A DNA stretch of 63,994 bases, filler included, from Asterionella formosa (lineage: Eukaryota), in the NCBI GenBank assembly GCA_002256025.1. It is 4 parts of 4 records of this genome, joined end to end, with 100 filler letters (N's around TTAATTAATTAA, not from the genome) between each part and the next. Parts side by side here need not be neighbours in the genome. Positions count along the whole stretch, not along the records: positions 1 to 29,995 come from NKIB01000933.1; positions 30,096 to 60,087 come from NKIB01000939.1; 2 more parts are not named here. One strand, given 5' to 3'. This document shows, in pieces, positions 25,007-36,489 of the stretch. Position 1 is the first letter of the stretch. Each line of letters begins with the position of its first letter. Below the pieces are notes generated by a model, which made no database searches, had not been told where the DNA came from, and saw only the letters and a program-made list of their open reading frames with translations. Position numbers and translations under genes: made by a program.

Positions 25007-27565
25007 ATGAAGCGAGCTTCCACCAAGTCAGACGATTCTTCCATGGTCGCCAAAACATTTGATGTTCTCTTTCACAAACGAAAGCACAATAAGGTGCACA
25101 AGAGTAAAGGGGTGTCCAAAATGGATGGACGATTGATTGTCATGCCGCCTCCAATTTGCTTAGTCAAATTGGAATTGGTCGATGCTGAACCACAAATGGA
25201 AGGATTGGAGGAGGCGGAAAACGATGCAATAAAAAAGTCAAATAACGCTTGCTTGTATTCTGCTACTAATAAAGATCTGGCGAAAAGAGTATTTGGGGAG
25301 TTAGGCTTACATCTGGATGACTTTGTCGTTTTATCTCAATTTGAATGTCAAATTACTGGAATTCCGCCTGAAACAGGTGCAGATCAAGCGACTAAGAAGT
25401 ACAAGACTTTGACGCGGGGTCGGTTTGTCCCCCTGCACTCACAACGCCCTCTCGTTCGCAAACTCGGAATCGTTGTGCAATCTAATTTGATTCCAAGCGT
25501 CGAGTCATTAGAGCGACCTCGTGCATCGCCAGGACAAAACCAAGCGTTGCTAGACTCAGAGACCGAACACAACGAAAATGTCGCCCCAATGCCGCGATTA
25601 GTGAAGAAACGTCCTGTTCATCCTCTGCTCGCAAAGAAACGAGCACTGGATCCTTCCAAAACTCCTACTGGTACATCAACAATCATTACAACAACGTTCC
25701 CAGACGCCAGTGGTATGATCAACATTCCCAACTCCATCCTCAAAGTTCTTCGCCCCCATCAGGTTTCTGGTGTTACCTTCCTATGGAATGTATTGACGGG
25801 CGCATCATCCGAACTACAAGCTGCTGCTTCGAGCGCCCATGTTGACAATGTCCGCGGATGCATCCTTGCCGATGAACCCGGAATAGGAAAGACGCTACAA
25901 TCCATTGCGGTCCTTTGTGCATTTCATCGGCGCAACAAGGACGACAGATTCATTGTGGTCTGTCCATCTTCTCTGGTCGTCAATTGGGCAATGGAATTCG
26001 ACAAGTGGATTGGCCGGGCGAGTTCCCCAAAACGAGTCGTGGTGAAGAAGGGTGGCGACGAAGGCGTGCAACAATTGAGGGCATTCTTGACCATAAAACC
26101 AAATCGGAGTGAAGTCCTCATCATCAGTTTTGACTTGTTTCGCGTGAATGCCAGCTTGTTGCAAAGCGCGAAACAAATTGGACTTCTGGTTGTAGACGAA
26201 GGCCACCGACTCAAGAATTCAGCTGGCTCACAGACTTTGTCGGCTCTAACATCACTTGCCTGTGATGCCCGCCTCCTCATTACCGGCACACCAATTCAGA
26301 ATCGACTTTCTGAATTTCATGCCGTTGCTTCATTCGTTTGCCCGGGCTTGTTGGGGGATTTGGCATCGTTTCGCAAAGTCTACGAACGTCCTATCAACGC
26401 AGCTAATACCAAGTCGGCGTCTTGGGAGCAGAAAAACAAGGGGAGAGCGCAGAGCCAAGCATTGGATAGCATTACAAAGACATTTATGCTGCGGCGATTG
26501 CAAAAGGATGTACTCATGAGCATGTTGCCTCCTCGTATGGAATTCCTCTTGTTTTGCAAGCCGTCGTCGTTGCAGTGTGACATGTACAAAGTGATGACCA
26601 ATAATGCCTCATTGGGTCGACTGTCGCAGGATGCGCTCGTGATACTGACCAATTTGAGAAAACTGTGCTCTCATCCCGGACTGCTAGATGAAGCGGCTTC
26701 GACTCATACATTCCTCTCGGGTAAACTCATGGTGCTTGACTCGCTCCTCAATGCAATTCGTAATGACAGCCCCGAGGATAAAATTGTCATTGTCTCCAAT
26801 TTCACGTCAGCACTCACCATCATTCACGATTCCATTTTAAAACCCCGCAAATTCTCCTTTAAGCGCCTTGATGGCACCGTCCCTCTTCCTGACCGTCAAC
26901 CCCTAGTTGATTCCTTCAACCGCTCCACTCCTGACCAGTGTTTCGCCTTTCTCTTGAGTAGCAAAGCAGGTGGCTGTGGCTTGAACCTTATTGGGGCCAA
27001 CCGCCTCGTCATGTTTGATGCTGACTTCAACCCAGCCACTGACCATCAAGCCATGGCGCGTATTTACCGTCCTGGACAGAAGAAGTCGTGTTACGTGTAC
27101 CGATTGTTTACAGCTGGGACGGTTGAAGAAGTGATCTACCAACGACAGCAGCAGAAGGGAAATCTTGCGACCATAACCGTAAATGGAGCATCATGTACCC
27201 AGCAGTCTGCAGGCTTTACCAAGGAAGAATTGAAAGATTGTTTTACCTTAAAGGAGGGCTGCGATTGTGAGACCAAAATCAAGATTGGAAATCGTTGGCC
27301 AAGCTACACTGGGGCCGCAGCACTTGAGGAGCAGGGTTGCGTGGATCAATCCTTACTGACAATTGCGCATAATGAATCTGAGACACTTCGTCATGTGCAC
27401 ATCGTCACTGATACGCCCGCGTTTGACATGGCTAAGGAAGATAATCTAGCCGCAATATCTTTTGATACCGAGAGCGATCAGGGGGGTGAATTCAATGATG
27501 GTGACAACGAACCAGATGAATGGCCACTTTGTGCATCAGAGGAAGAATTTGAGTTTGATGACTGA
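25007..27565 (+). CDS. RAD54/RAD54B(Rdh54)-like SNF2-family DNA translocase
   Basis: LRPHQ, CILADEPGIGKT, VVDEGHRLKN, TGTPIQN, SGKL, LLSSKAGGCGLNLIGANRL and QAMARIYRPGQ. The N-terminal KRKHNKVHKSKG..DGRL segment resembles Rad54B/Rdh54. Confidence 0.93.
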   Translation: MKRASTKSDDSSMVAKTFDVLFHKRKHNKVHKSKGVSKMDGRLIVMPPPICLVKLELVDAEPQMEGLEEAENDAIKKSNNACLYSATNKDLAKRVFGELGLHLDDFVVLSQFECQITGIPPETGADQATKKYKTLTRGRFVPLHSQRPLVRKLGIVVQSNLIPSVESLERPRASPGQNQALLDSETEHNENVAPMPRLVKKRPVHPLLAKKRALDPSKTPTGTSTIITTTFPDASGMINIPNSILKVLRPHQVSGVTFLWNVLTGASSELQAAASSAHVDNVRGCILADEPGIGKTLQSIAVLCAFHRRNKDDRFIVVCPSSLVVNWAMEFDKWIGRASSPKRVVVKKGGDEGVQQLRAFLTIKPNRSEVLIISFDLFRVNASLLQSAKQIGLLVVDEGHRLKNSAGSQTLSALTSLACDARLLITGTPIQNRLSEFHAVASFVCPGLLGDLASFRKVYERPINAANTKSASWEQKNKGRAQSQALDSITKTFMLRRLQKDVLMSMLPPRMEFLLFCKPSSLQCDMYKVMTNNASLGRLSQDALVILTNLRKLCSHPGLLDEAASTHTFLSGKLMVLDSLLNAIRNDSPEDKIVIVSNFTSALTIIHDSILKPRKFSFKRLDGTVPLPDRQPLVDSFNRSTPDQCFAFLLSSKAGGCGLNLIGANRLVMFDADFNPATDHQAMARIYRPGQKKSCYVYRLFTAGTVEEVIYQRQQQKGNLATITVNGASCTQQSAGFTKEELKDCFTLKEGCDCETKIKIGNRWPSYTGAAALEEQGCVDQSLLTIAHNESETLRHVHIVTDTPAFDMAKEDNLAAISFDTESDQGGEFNDGDNEPDEWPLCASEEEFEFDD

Positions 27566-27567
27566 AT

Positions 27568-28980
27568 CTACAAGTCTTGATTATCTTCCTCAATAATTGC
27601 AGAAGCTCGCTTGTCATGTGCTTTGCGAAACTCCTCAATTTTCTTTGTCCAGTTAGGAACTGGAGAAATCTGGACTTCGTTAGGCCACTCAATGTAAGGC
27701 AACTCACTTGTGTTGGACACGGGGAGAAGGCGAACTAAATTGGGATCCACGTGTACGCTAGTCTTTCGAACATAAAGAGCACCACTATCAATAATATCGG
27801 CCAGATCGTAGACTCCTAAAAAGTAGGGACCCCAGGGCTTAGGCTGGTCGGCCAACGACGATTCAGGAACTTCATATCGTTGTTGGGTGGGATAGTATCC
27901 AAAGGCTGTTGGGACATGCTCATCCATGCGTTCGTATCGTATCGCTTTAAGTTGTTCAAATCCTGCCAAACCGTTTCCGTTTCTACCATTTGATTTTGGA
28001 ATAGTTTCATTAAAGGGCATGACGTGCATGAGTAGGGTTGGAATGAACGTTTCATCCGTCATGAGGCGTCCTGTCCGTACCAAATAGTCTTTGAATCGAG
28101 TGGGGAGGCTGTCAGGTCGTTGTAGAGAGTCAACCAAGTATTTACAAAAGTCTGGCTGCAGAGCCATCCACTGACTCCCAAAGTAAATGGTCAGCGTCAT
28201 AGATTGATGATTGCCATCATCGTCCACGAATTCGATGACAGGATCCCCAGCTGGATTGTTCGTATAGTGTGACCGCTTGTGCCAATGGGCGGGAAAGTGA
28301 TAGACACTGGTGGGTACAAGTCCAGTCTCGCAAATGGACGAGGTAACAAAGTTGTACCCGTTGAGAGCCTGAGAAAAGAGTCTCCCGGTGACTGTTGCCG
28401 TATGCACTGGCAAAGTATCGCCGCTGAGGTTCACAAAGACGTCCCATGCGTACCTGGAGGACACTGCCATTTGCATTCCCCAAAAGGTGGGTTCGTTCAT
28501 CGACCATGCGCTCCATTGGGCGTTGTGGAGTGAATCGAATAGAACAATCGCTCCGCAAGGACACGTCGTGACCACGTCGTGAAGGGGAGATGAGAGGAAC
28601 AAGTCCCAGTCGAGTTTTCGGTCGACGTGAATGAAAATGAGATTATGGTTTGATCGAATTGCACGGAACAGAGGAACTGCGTCATGCGCTGTCCGCTCGT
28701 TGTGAATGGTGATGAGATAGGCGATTTTAGCAATAGCGGGGGCTTGTGCTGATGGTTGTTGCGAATCGCATTGGCAGTCCAACGGTGCCGACACGAACTC
28801 TGTCTCTTCCGAAAAAACGTATGGGAGGAGCGGAAGCATTGAGCACCATATCATCGCCACCAAGCAACGTGCCATAGAAAAGCATTTTGCTTTGCAGCGA
28901 GAGCTCCTTGATTGATGCAGCGTGGACAAGGACATGGGCGGATGTAATGTGACCATTTGTGATGGTAAGGTTGCGTCCAC
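27568..28980 (-). CDS. GT14 (core-2/I-branching, xylosyltransferase-like) glycosyltransferase; start uncertain
   Basis: KIAYLITIH, FIHVD, WDVFVNLSGDTLP, GSQWMAL and DETFIPT, plus an N-terminal signal anchor. Confidence 0.88.
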   Translation of the reverse strand: MDATLPSQMVTLHPPMSLSTLHQSRSSRCKAKCFSMARCLVAMIWCSMLPLLPYVFSEETEFVSAPLDCQCDSQQPSAQAPAIAKIAYLITIHNERTAHDAVPLFRAIRSNHNLIFIHVDRKLDWDLFLSSPLHDVVTTCPCGAIVLFDSLHNAQWSAWSMNEPTFWGMQMAVSSRYAWDVFVNLSGDTLPVHTATVTGRLFSQALNGYNFVTSSICETGLVPTSVYHFPAHWHKRSHYTNNPAGDPVIEFVDDDGNHQSMTLTIYFGSQWMALQPDFCKYLVDSLQRPDSLPTRFKDYLVRTGRLMTDETFIPTLLMHVMPFNETIPKSNGRNGNGLAGFEQLKAIRYERMDEHVPTAFGYYPTQQRYEVPESSLADQPKPWGPYFLGVYDLADIIDSGALYVRKTSVHVDPNLVRLLPVSNTSELPYIEWPNEVQISPVPNWTKKIEEFRKAHDKRASAIIEEDNQDL

Positions 28981-29104
28981 GGCTTAACCCTATTTTGGAG
29001 TAAACATCACGAGGGTTATAAAAAAGCGTGGAACGGGGAGTTAGTTTCCTACTACATATGAATTCCCATGATTCGAGTCTCAATTTGAATACCGGTATTT
29101 GAAA

Positions 29105-29771
29105 GGTTGCGGCCCCGCAGTTACACATCGCGAGGTCTGTTTTCTTCCAAAATAATTTTATTTTGTACTTTAATCTACACAGTACGTACAACAAAATAAA
29201 ATAGTTAAAGGTAAAATTAGCTTTCTCCAATACGACCACTTTGCATATGCTTAGATACAGTCATTCCTCGACTTAGGGGTATGATCTATATTCAGATATG
29301 GTAAGGACCTCATTTCTGGAGAGAAGTGGCAGTTATCCCTATTGGAATCGTAACTATCCAAAAAAAGTCAAAAAAGGGGGCCATCAACCTTTTAAAAAAA
29401 TCTACGAGGGATAACTGGTGCCACTTCTCTGCAGAAGTTAAATCCTGACGTTATAGGGTACATGGCTATCTATTTCATTCTTCATGAAACCCCGTAGATG
29501 TAGAGCAATCCTCCTCCAAAAAGTCGACCTGATCGGCTTTTTCAATAGTTGCCAAAATATTGGAATCAGAATTTGTACGTGTGAAGGGGTTCTTGTAGAC
29601 ATAGGAGTCCTGCGTAGGTATAATTGCCTCCATAATTCTCTGTACGAAAAGACTCCATGGTAAGTTCCCGTGTCACTACACATATTCTGATTTGTTGAAT
29701 TGAGTTTACTCACCTGCTCCAGACTGGCCGGAGTATCCCAATCTTGTAAAATTACGCCAGCCATACTTGAA
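29105..29771 (+). mobile_element. Kolobok-like terminal region type B, copy 1
   Basis: Near-collinear with the reverse complement of 58840-59496 (GGTTGC.GCCCCGCAGTTACACAT ... CCAGCCA.ACTTGAA) and with 55198-55736. Confidence 0.85.
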
Positions 29772-29774
29772 TAT

Positions 29775-29995
29775 CATCTAAGACGCGAAATACGCCACTT
29801 TTCGAAATTTCGTCTACGTATGAGTGTTAATTATGTGGTACTTCACATGCATTAATGCCACTCTTCACGTAAAAAAGATTACTTTTAACTGTTTCATGTG
29901 AAGTTTTAACTGTTTCATGTGAAGTTTTCACAATGAATTTTGAACGCGAGACTGAATTAGTTGATGTTTCAAATAATTCATTTGACTTTTCGAAA
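29775..29995 (+). mobile_element. Left end of TIR element 'C', copy 1 (runs into an assembly gap)
   Basis: CATCTAAGACGCGAAATACGCCACTTTTCGAAA... matches 51941-52130. Carries a private 21-bp tandem duplication TTTTAACTGTTTCATGTGAAG. Confidence 0.85.
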
Positions 29996-30095
29996 NNNNN
30001 NNNNNNNNNNNNNNNNNNNNNNNNNNNNNNNNNNNNNNNTTAATTAATTAANNNNNNNNNNNNNNNNNNNNNNNNNNNNNNNNNNNNNNNNNNNN
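29996..30095. other. Assembly gap with artificial TTAATTAATTAA linker
   Basis: 100-nt block of N with a central TTAATTAATTAA. Identical blocks at 60088-60187 and 62070-62169. Confidence 0.97.
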
Positions 30096-30737
30096 GTCGC
30101 TGACTATACAAGAAGATGAAGTAACTAACCTAAGCCCATCTCGTTAGGATATTTGTTGTGCTGTGGAACACAAATAAATTATTTTGCCTTCTGTAAGGCA
30201 TCTAATTCCTTTTCATCTTAAAACTTTATGAAGCATCGCAAAAGTAAAGCCCGATACCAGCAAAATATTGCATCCATCAATCATCTAGCGGCAACACAGC
30301 AAGCACCAAGGGTGTTGAAATTGCATCCCGAAGCCCTCTATTGCTTCCTTGTATCCTGTAAGGACACATCAGGGACCAAATAGGTTGTAGATATAACCAA
30401 CGATATGTCTGAAATCGATTGAAATCATTCTTAAGAGTTTAATAGAACTATGGGTATTACTGGCGATGTAGATTGTTTTCAATAATTCTTAGTTTTCTCT
30501 GGGACCACATCCTTTTGATTCATTCGATTCAACAAGTAGTAGTTGAAATTCATACCGGGATTTTTCTTTCCTACAATAATTTCTCAAAACAAAGGGTACC
30601 CACACGTCCGTGTCGTTCCTTTCCTCCTCGTTCCCTTCCTCGTACGCCGTCATCAGCATCCTCCAAGCCCACATATGTCAGCAGAAAATCTTTGGTAGCG
30701 ACAGATCGCGACTTTGTAAGCATCGGAGGCAACGGCG

Positions 30738-31838
30738 ATGGTTACGATTTGCAATCTCCTATTAGCCTTACTCCTTGCTTCATTTTCAACAACACATGGA
30801 TGGTACATCAACCAGGATGGCAAAGCACGCTCAAAATCAAGCCAATATTCAGCTCATGTCATCTTTGGAATGCCTTGGGTTGAAAGTTATGGCCATCAAC
30901 GACTGAGGTTGCTCTGGGAGAGCAAGCCTTTTGAGCTTGTGAGCGAAATCATGGAAGCTGTCATTGTAAAAAAGGCACCGAGACCTCTGCTCCATTTCGG
31001 GGGTTGTTCCGAAATGGTATTTGATACAATGTTTGCGCCGCTTTTTTCTTCAGAGCCACACACACTTGATATTCCGCCGCCAGAAAGGCAACAGACGAAA
31101 ACTTCCTTCGCTCTCAAAGTGGCGTATCGAGGTACCGATTTTTGTGGTTGGCAGACCCAACTAAACAATGATATTCTTCCGTCGGTCCAAAAGAGCCTTG
31201 AGGACCACCTTGCCCTTTTGGAAGGATCACGTGTTGACGTTCGAGTATCAGGCCGTACCGATGCTGGTGTATCCGCAATTGGCCAAGTCTGTAGATTTCG
31301 AAGTAGGAACATCATTTCAAAGGACGCGTTGATGGATCACATGGAGTCCTTTCCCATGTCTCGTAGCTTGCGATGCCTAGAAGCAAAAAGCGTGTCGGAA
31401 AGCTTTCATCCAACCTTTGGGACAAAATTTCGAGCCTATGTATATATGATTGATGACATGTCCATACCGGATTTGGAAATTGAGAGACTAGATAACATGC
31501 TTCGGCTTTTAGAAAGTGAGACTCTCGATTACGTGGGCGTTTCATATGGAAAGGTGACAACATCATCAACCTACTGCACCCTAAGATGTGCTCGAGCCTT
31601 CCCTGTAAAATCTTCGGAAAGACGATCTATCTGTATTCAGCTTATAGGTGACCGATTCTTAAGGCGCATGGTAAGGCTGCTAGTTGCCACGGCGCTGAGT
31701 CTGAGCTTGGAAAGAAAGGACTGTAGTGCACTGCTGGACTTAGTGAGACAACAAGACCGAACCCTTGCCAGTAAGGCTGCTCCTCCTGATGGATTGATTT
31801 TTATCGGAGCTGACTTTGATTCCACAGTCCGTCAGTAG
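30738..31838 (+). CDS. TruA-family tRNA pseudouridine synthase with signal peptide
   Basis: LKVAYRGTDFCGWQ, SGRTDAGVSAIGQV, GDRFLRRMVR and APPDGLIF. Confidence 0.92.
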   Translation: MVTICNLLLALLLASFSTTHGWYINQDGKARSKSSQYSAHVIFGMPWVESYGHQRLRLLWESKPFELVSEIMEAVIVKKAPRPLLHFGGCSEMVFDTMFAPLFSSEPHTLDIPPPERQQTKTSFALKVAYRGTDFCGWQTQLNNDILPSVQKSLEDHLALLEGSRVDVRVSGRTDAGVSAIGQVCRFRSRNIISKDALMDHMESFPMSRSLRCLEAKSVSESFHPTFGTKFRAYVYMIDDMSIPDLEIERLDNMLRLLESETLDYVGVSYGKVTTSSTYCTLRCARAFPVKSSERRSICIQLIGDRFLRRMVRLLVATALSLSLERKDCSALLDLVRQQDRTLASKAAPPDGLIFIGADFDSTVRQ

Positions 31839-32123
31839 CGCAACATTTTAGGCCTGCCTCATGACTGACTCAGACAAGCTTGATTTCTACTTCACTCCTG
31901 AATTCATGTTCAATATATCTGAGTAAAGTAATATTTTCTACTATGAGCAAAGCAAATTCAAGTGATATGTGATTTCCTAATTTGCTGTTGCCTTACAATG
32001 CGTAGAGTAAGTCTCGTTCCCTTCAATGCACAAATCCAAAGAATTGTGTGTGGAAATCGGTGCTACTTCATCTCAATTTTTACGTGTGTCTATCTGGGTA
32101 ACATTGTGCAAGTTTCGGTTCTA

Positions 32124-33668
32124 TTATTCAATTGGTTTTTTGAAAGACAACGTCTTGGTGCTTGAAGATACAAACTTTTCGGAGCACTCTAATCCTTGGA
32201 ACAATTCAGGCAAATTGCATTTCACGTAGTTCTCATAATATGGCTCGTTCAAATTGGAAAAAGCAGTCAAAGAACTATCCATTGGAGGCCTGTCTCCCAA
32301 TTGAACTGAATCCGTCAATACGACTATGCCACCGGGCCTGACAATTCTCACCATTTCAGTGGCAGCCCTTGCTCTAGCTTCACTTGGTAATTCGTGGAAC
32401 AGGTATACACAAATGACTGCGTCAAAGGAATTGTCAGGAATGGGCAAAGATTCGCAGTTTGCTTGGAGGAAAGAGGCGGGTCGTGGCTCACCCGACAATC
32501 CAACCTCTTTCATTGCAGCTTTACCTCGATATGATCGCCAATATTCATCATTTTTTCTTGCCTTTTCCAGATAAAAGGGGGATAAGTCAGTGAGCATGAT
32601 ATCAGTTGTCGGATAATTATCTCTTGTAAACGTAGCAAGACGCCCTGTCCCACAAGCGATCTCTAGAATATTCTTCGGGACTTTTTCGACAAAATGATTC
32701 TTCAACGGAATTAATGTTTGCCTTTGCATTGCATCTTGGCGTCCCAAGAATAGAGTCTCAGTTAAAGTTTCATAGCGATTGGCAGACTCGGTCGAGAACC
32801 AACCATCAGTCTGATAGTGAAAATCGTTCAAATAATAAGAAGGATACAATCCTGTGGCTCCGATTGGGTCATCATTTTTATTGACCCATATCTCACTGGG
32901 TTTTCCCATTAGCTTGTAACGTCGGCTGAGAGTACCTATTGATTCCAAAATAGTTCTACCAGTCGCGCTCGCTACGAAAAAAGGGTTGGCCTGTTGATGA
33001 TCCCACTGTAAATTTACACTTTCTCCTTTGGATTGAACTATCGCATCCCATGGAAATTTGATCAAACCCTTGTCGACAGCTTCCCAATCTTGTTCAAACG
33101 TCTTCGAAGCTTCCAGCAAAAGTCGAGTAGGGATCTCCGAATTCAGGATGCGAGAAGACATTCCTCCATTTTGGGCCGACAGAACTGGACTTGTATGGAC
33201 AGAAACAGATTCCGCTGGCTCGGAATTTTTGTTTCTACCGCCAATGAATCTTTCGTGGATGTCACTGGCCATGGATCCAAGAGCTGCATTGAAAGTAAAG
33301 TATCCAGTTCGCAAGACTTGAGAAGACCAATACGCGCGGCTCTTAGTGGAGCCGTTCACAAATTTGGCAGACAAAATTTCCCACATTCTGCGTAAATTCC
33401 CATCGTTGCCTTGCGAATCAAAGGCTCTCCAAAAAGCCACCGATTCATCGCATTTGAAGAGGAGATTCTCAGCCGATCCAGGCTTGACAACCCCTTGGGT
33501 TTGTTTATCAAAGAGACTTGGTTGTGTAATAATCGAGTCTGTGCTCGATTTCTCTGACCCTAGATGCTTCGAAAAAGGGGAACAGTTCCCTTGACATTTA
33601 TTGGGAGGGGCGATGAAGCCATTGGCCGTCCAGCATAAAAAGGCTGCAACGACGAAAAGATTTAACAT
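32124..33668 (-). CDS. Plastid-targeted class I SAM-dependent methyltransferase
   Basis: Presequence MLNLFVVAAFLCWTANG-FIAP. Motifs YPSYYLNDFHYQTDG, LEIACGTG, DLSPFYL and YLFHELP..RIVRPGG. Confidence 0.9.
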   Translation of the reverse strand: MLNLFVVAAFLCWTANGFIAPPNKCQGNCSPFSKHLGSEKSSTDSIITQPSLFDKQTQGVVKPGSAENLLFKCDESVAFWRAFDSQGNDGNLRRMWEILSAKFVNGSTKSRAYWSSQVLRTGYFTFNAALGSMASDIHERFIGGRNKNSEPAESVSVHTSPVLSAQNGGMSSRILNSEIPTRLLLEASKTFEQDWEAVDKGLIKFPWDAIVQSKGESVNLQWDHQQANPFFVASATGRTILESIGTLSRRYKLMGKPSEIWVNKNDDPIGATGLYPSYYLNDFHYQTDGWFSTESANRYETLTETLFLGRQDAMQRQTLIPLKNHFVEKVPKNILEIACGTGRLATFTRDNYPTTDIMLTDLSPFYLEKARKNDEYWRSYRGKAAMKEVGLSGEPRPASFLQANCESLPIPDNSFDAVICVYLFHELPSEARARAATEMVRIVRPGGIVVLTDSVQLGDRPPMDSSLTAFSNLNEPYYENYVKCNLPELFQGLECSEKFVSSSTKTLSFKKPIE

Positions 33669-34016
33669 GGTTGATCTACCAGTATACATACTATTCGATG
33701 TGTCCTTCTCTTTTTGTGTCATCAACAATTGTAAATACGGAAGTCCAATTTAGCTTCATAATACCGCTGGTATCACCGAGGTACCAGTACCACAATTATG
33801 CATTTGTCCTATGTACCTGTATATTTATGTGTTTCCATGCCGGTATGAATGAAATATAATAACGATAGTAGTTATATTTCACCTGGTATCTCGTGTGGTA
33901 TTGTGTGCTGAGAAGAATGGCTGAAATTTAAATACCGGGTATATCATGTGATACTGTGTTTTTGTTGTATAGAACTGACCCGGTACCTGGTACATAAGAA
34001 AATAGTTATCTGCTAC

Positions 34017-34994
34017 TAGGGCCGCACTTGTCATTTTTCATCGGGTGTCACTTGCTTCATTTGAAATTTTTTGAAAGAAATGTATCAGCAATGGTAAAAC
34101 TCGACTTGAACTGAATTTCCTCCATTCTTCTCCACATAAAATTGTATGACCAATTTGTATCACATAGTATCATGGTCGATCCTTTTAATAGTGACAGGCC
34201 AGCAACGAACATCTAAATATTCGCACCAAGAATATACATACCGGTATACGAAACAGCCGGAAATAGAAAAAGAAATGTATCATCATGTGACAAAGAAGAC
34301 TGCATATACATGCTAGCTATAGTCTACTTGGAGACTCGTCAACATTTTGACATCTATGCATTGACCACCATGTTGGCTGGCTGATAACTGACGATTTCTC
34401 AATTAAAATGACAAACGAGACACTGCACCTTTGAGTTCTTATATATCATTGTATGAATGATGCGATAGAAAAATCAATGTAGATTTACCTTTTAAATTGC
34501 ATAAGAAATTACGAATCTACAATGGACAGGGATGAGTATGCATTCATCAATTTATAGAAATGCAAATAGAGCTATGACTGCAATTAATATGACTACAACG
34601 ATACTATCATATGACATTAGGGCTTGCAAAAGTGGTGTATAGACGCAATTCAATTGCAGTAGGGGTTTTTCATGTTGGGCTGTGATGCTGATGTTGATTT
34701 TCAACCACCCACAAAAGACGAAATATTTTAGTTTGATGCTGGCGTGTTTACAGTTATTTGATCAGTGACAATTAACATGATACACACCAGTAATCAACAG
34801 CTGGCTGTATCACTGATACAGAATTGGTCAGGGGTGCAAAAACTGTATTAGTGATGCACCCATGATACACCAGTGATTGGACCTAAAATCCCATTTGTGA
34901 TACAAAAATATGATAAAAAACGCCATATTTAAAACAAAACCCGGAGATGATACACCAATGGCGACCGATGACAAAATGATAAGAGCAGCTCTTA
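34017..34994. mobile_element. Non-autonomous TIR element (possibly hAT-like)
   Basis: Left end TAGGGCCGCACTTGTCATTTTTCATCGG vs reverse complement of the right end TAAGAGCTGCTCTTATCATTTTGTCATCGG. TGTATCA motifs cluster near the left end and TGATACA motifs near the right end. No clean TSD. Confidence 0.6.
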
Positions 34995-36489
34995 GCACTA
35001 GGTACAACATGGGGTTTAATGTAGCTAGAAGCATCAGTTGTTTGCAAAAAATTAATTTAGAGTATTGCTTATTAGTACAGGAGTCTACATAGCACCAGGG
35101 TACCTGAAAGTTGCTGTAAAAGAGGAAATTAGCTGTATTTTTCTCATAGTAAAACCGTCTTTTACCACAACTCCCTCTGGTACTCTGATCATATCATACC
35201 ACATACATATGTATAAGTATAATTTTTTTAATGTATGCTCCAGTATGTACTATGTACCGATGATACATAGGTTGGTGATATAATACTACAGTAATACTAG
35301 GGGATATTTTTTTGAGAATGACAGTATACTGGTATACCATACTTGATTGCCAAACAGTCAAGTAATCTAATATGGAAATGACAGGAGTATACAATTATAC
35401 TAACGATACTGCTACCAAATCAGTATTCTTATTCTGACTATCTCGCAATTTGTTTTGCCAAACCGAAGGATGCAGCAGGCAATCATGGAAAGAGCACTTG
35501 GTAGAATACTAACTATTTTAGTTTTTTGGTTCTATCATATGAATCTAAATTATTGTCCATCTCTCAGTGCCATGTTTCTTTGATTGTATCTTGGGAGAGT
35601 TGAAACCATGATAAGGTTGTGCACTTTTAGTATTCGTGGTAATTTTAGTGATGTAATGATGTGATGCTGATTTTTATTTACTTGTTTTGGTTTTCCTAGC
35701 CTATGGTCACACGAAAAGGAATTTTGCACTTGTATTTTTGAAAATGAATTGACAGAATATTGCATCCAAGAGCCTATTGACTATTGCGACTGACTTGACT
35801 AATTAGATTCGGAGTTTGGAACTTGAGGCTTTGGGCTTCTTATTTGGACTAAGCATTGAAGAGTATCTGGCTTCTTGAATTGAGGCTTCTCAAGCTGAAG
35901 CTTCTTGAATTGAGGTTCAACTCTGGGTTTACGAACTAGCTTGGTAATCTCATAATTTCTGTTTAACAAGTATTTGTAGACTGTATTACCTTTGGGTTAT
36001 GCACTGCCAGTTGTGGCCATTTCCCTTAAAAAACCCATCTAATATCTGATAGAGATAGCAAAATATTTTGCTTCAGCACAATTAACACAACTTGGTGCTG
36101 GTAAAATGAACATGCAACCTTTTGTGGTTCAAACATTCGTTGATAAAATGGGCAATGGAAAGTCATTGTAAAAAATCCTAATTAGTCTGGTGTTTTTAGC
36201 TAAATAAAAATTGTTTTCATGATGCCGATCGATTGAAGCGAAATGAGGGGTTGATTGCTGCATTTCGATTTCAACTTCTTCTCTTTGCGAATCTTGGCAG
36301 CATTCCAGACTTAAGCTTTCTAAAAAATAGCAAATCGCTGCGATTTGATAATTTTTGAGATTCATCATTCAGATTTGTAGAAACCTTCGTAGGCTTGTTT
36401 GTTCTCCCTGTGATCACAAGACGGCAAAGCTAGCACAGTGAACAATCCAACTTCACCACAAATATTACATTGTCAAACATCTCCAGAAT

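Noticed and set aside
30040..30051. TTAATTAATTAA palindrome between N runs (also in the gaps at 60088 and 62070)
   Set aside because: Identical all-frame-stop linker centred in 100-nt gaps; an assembly artefact.
35868..35918. 15-bp-period repeat GCTTCTTGAATTGAG
   Set aside because: Only ~3 degenerate units with no supporting context.
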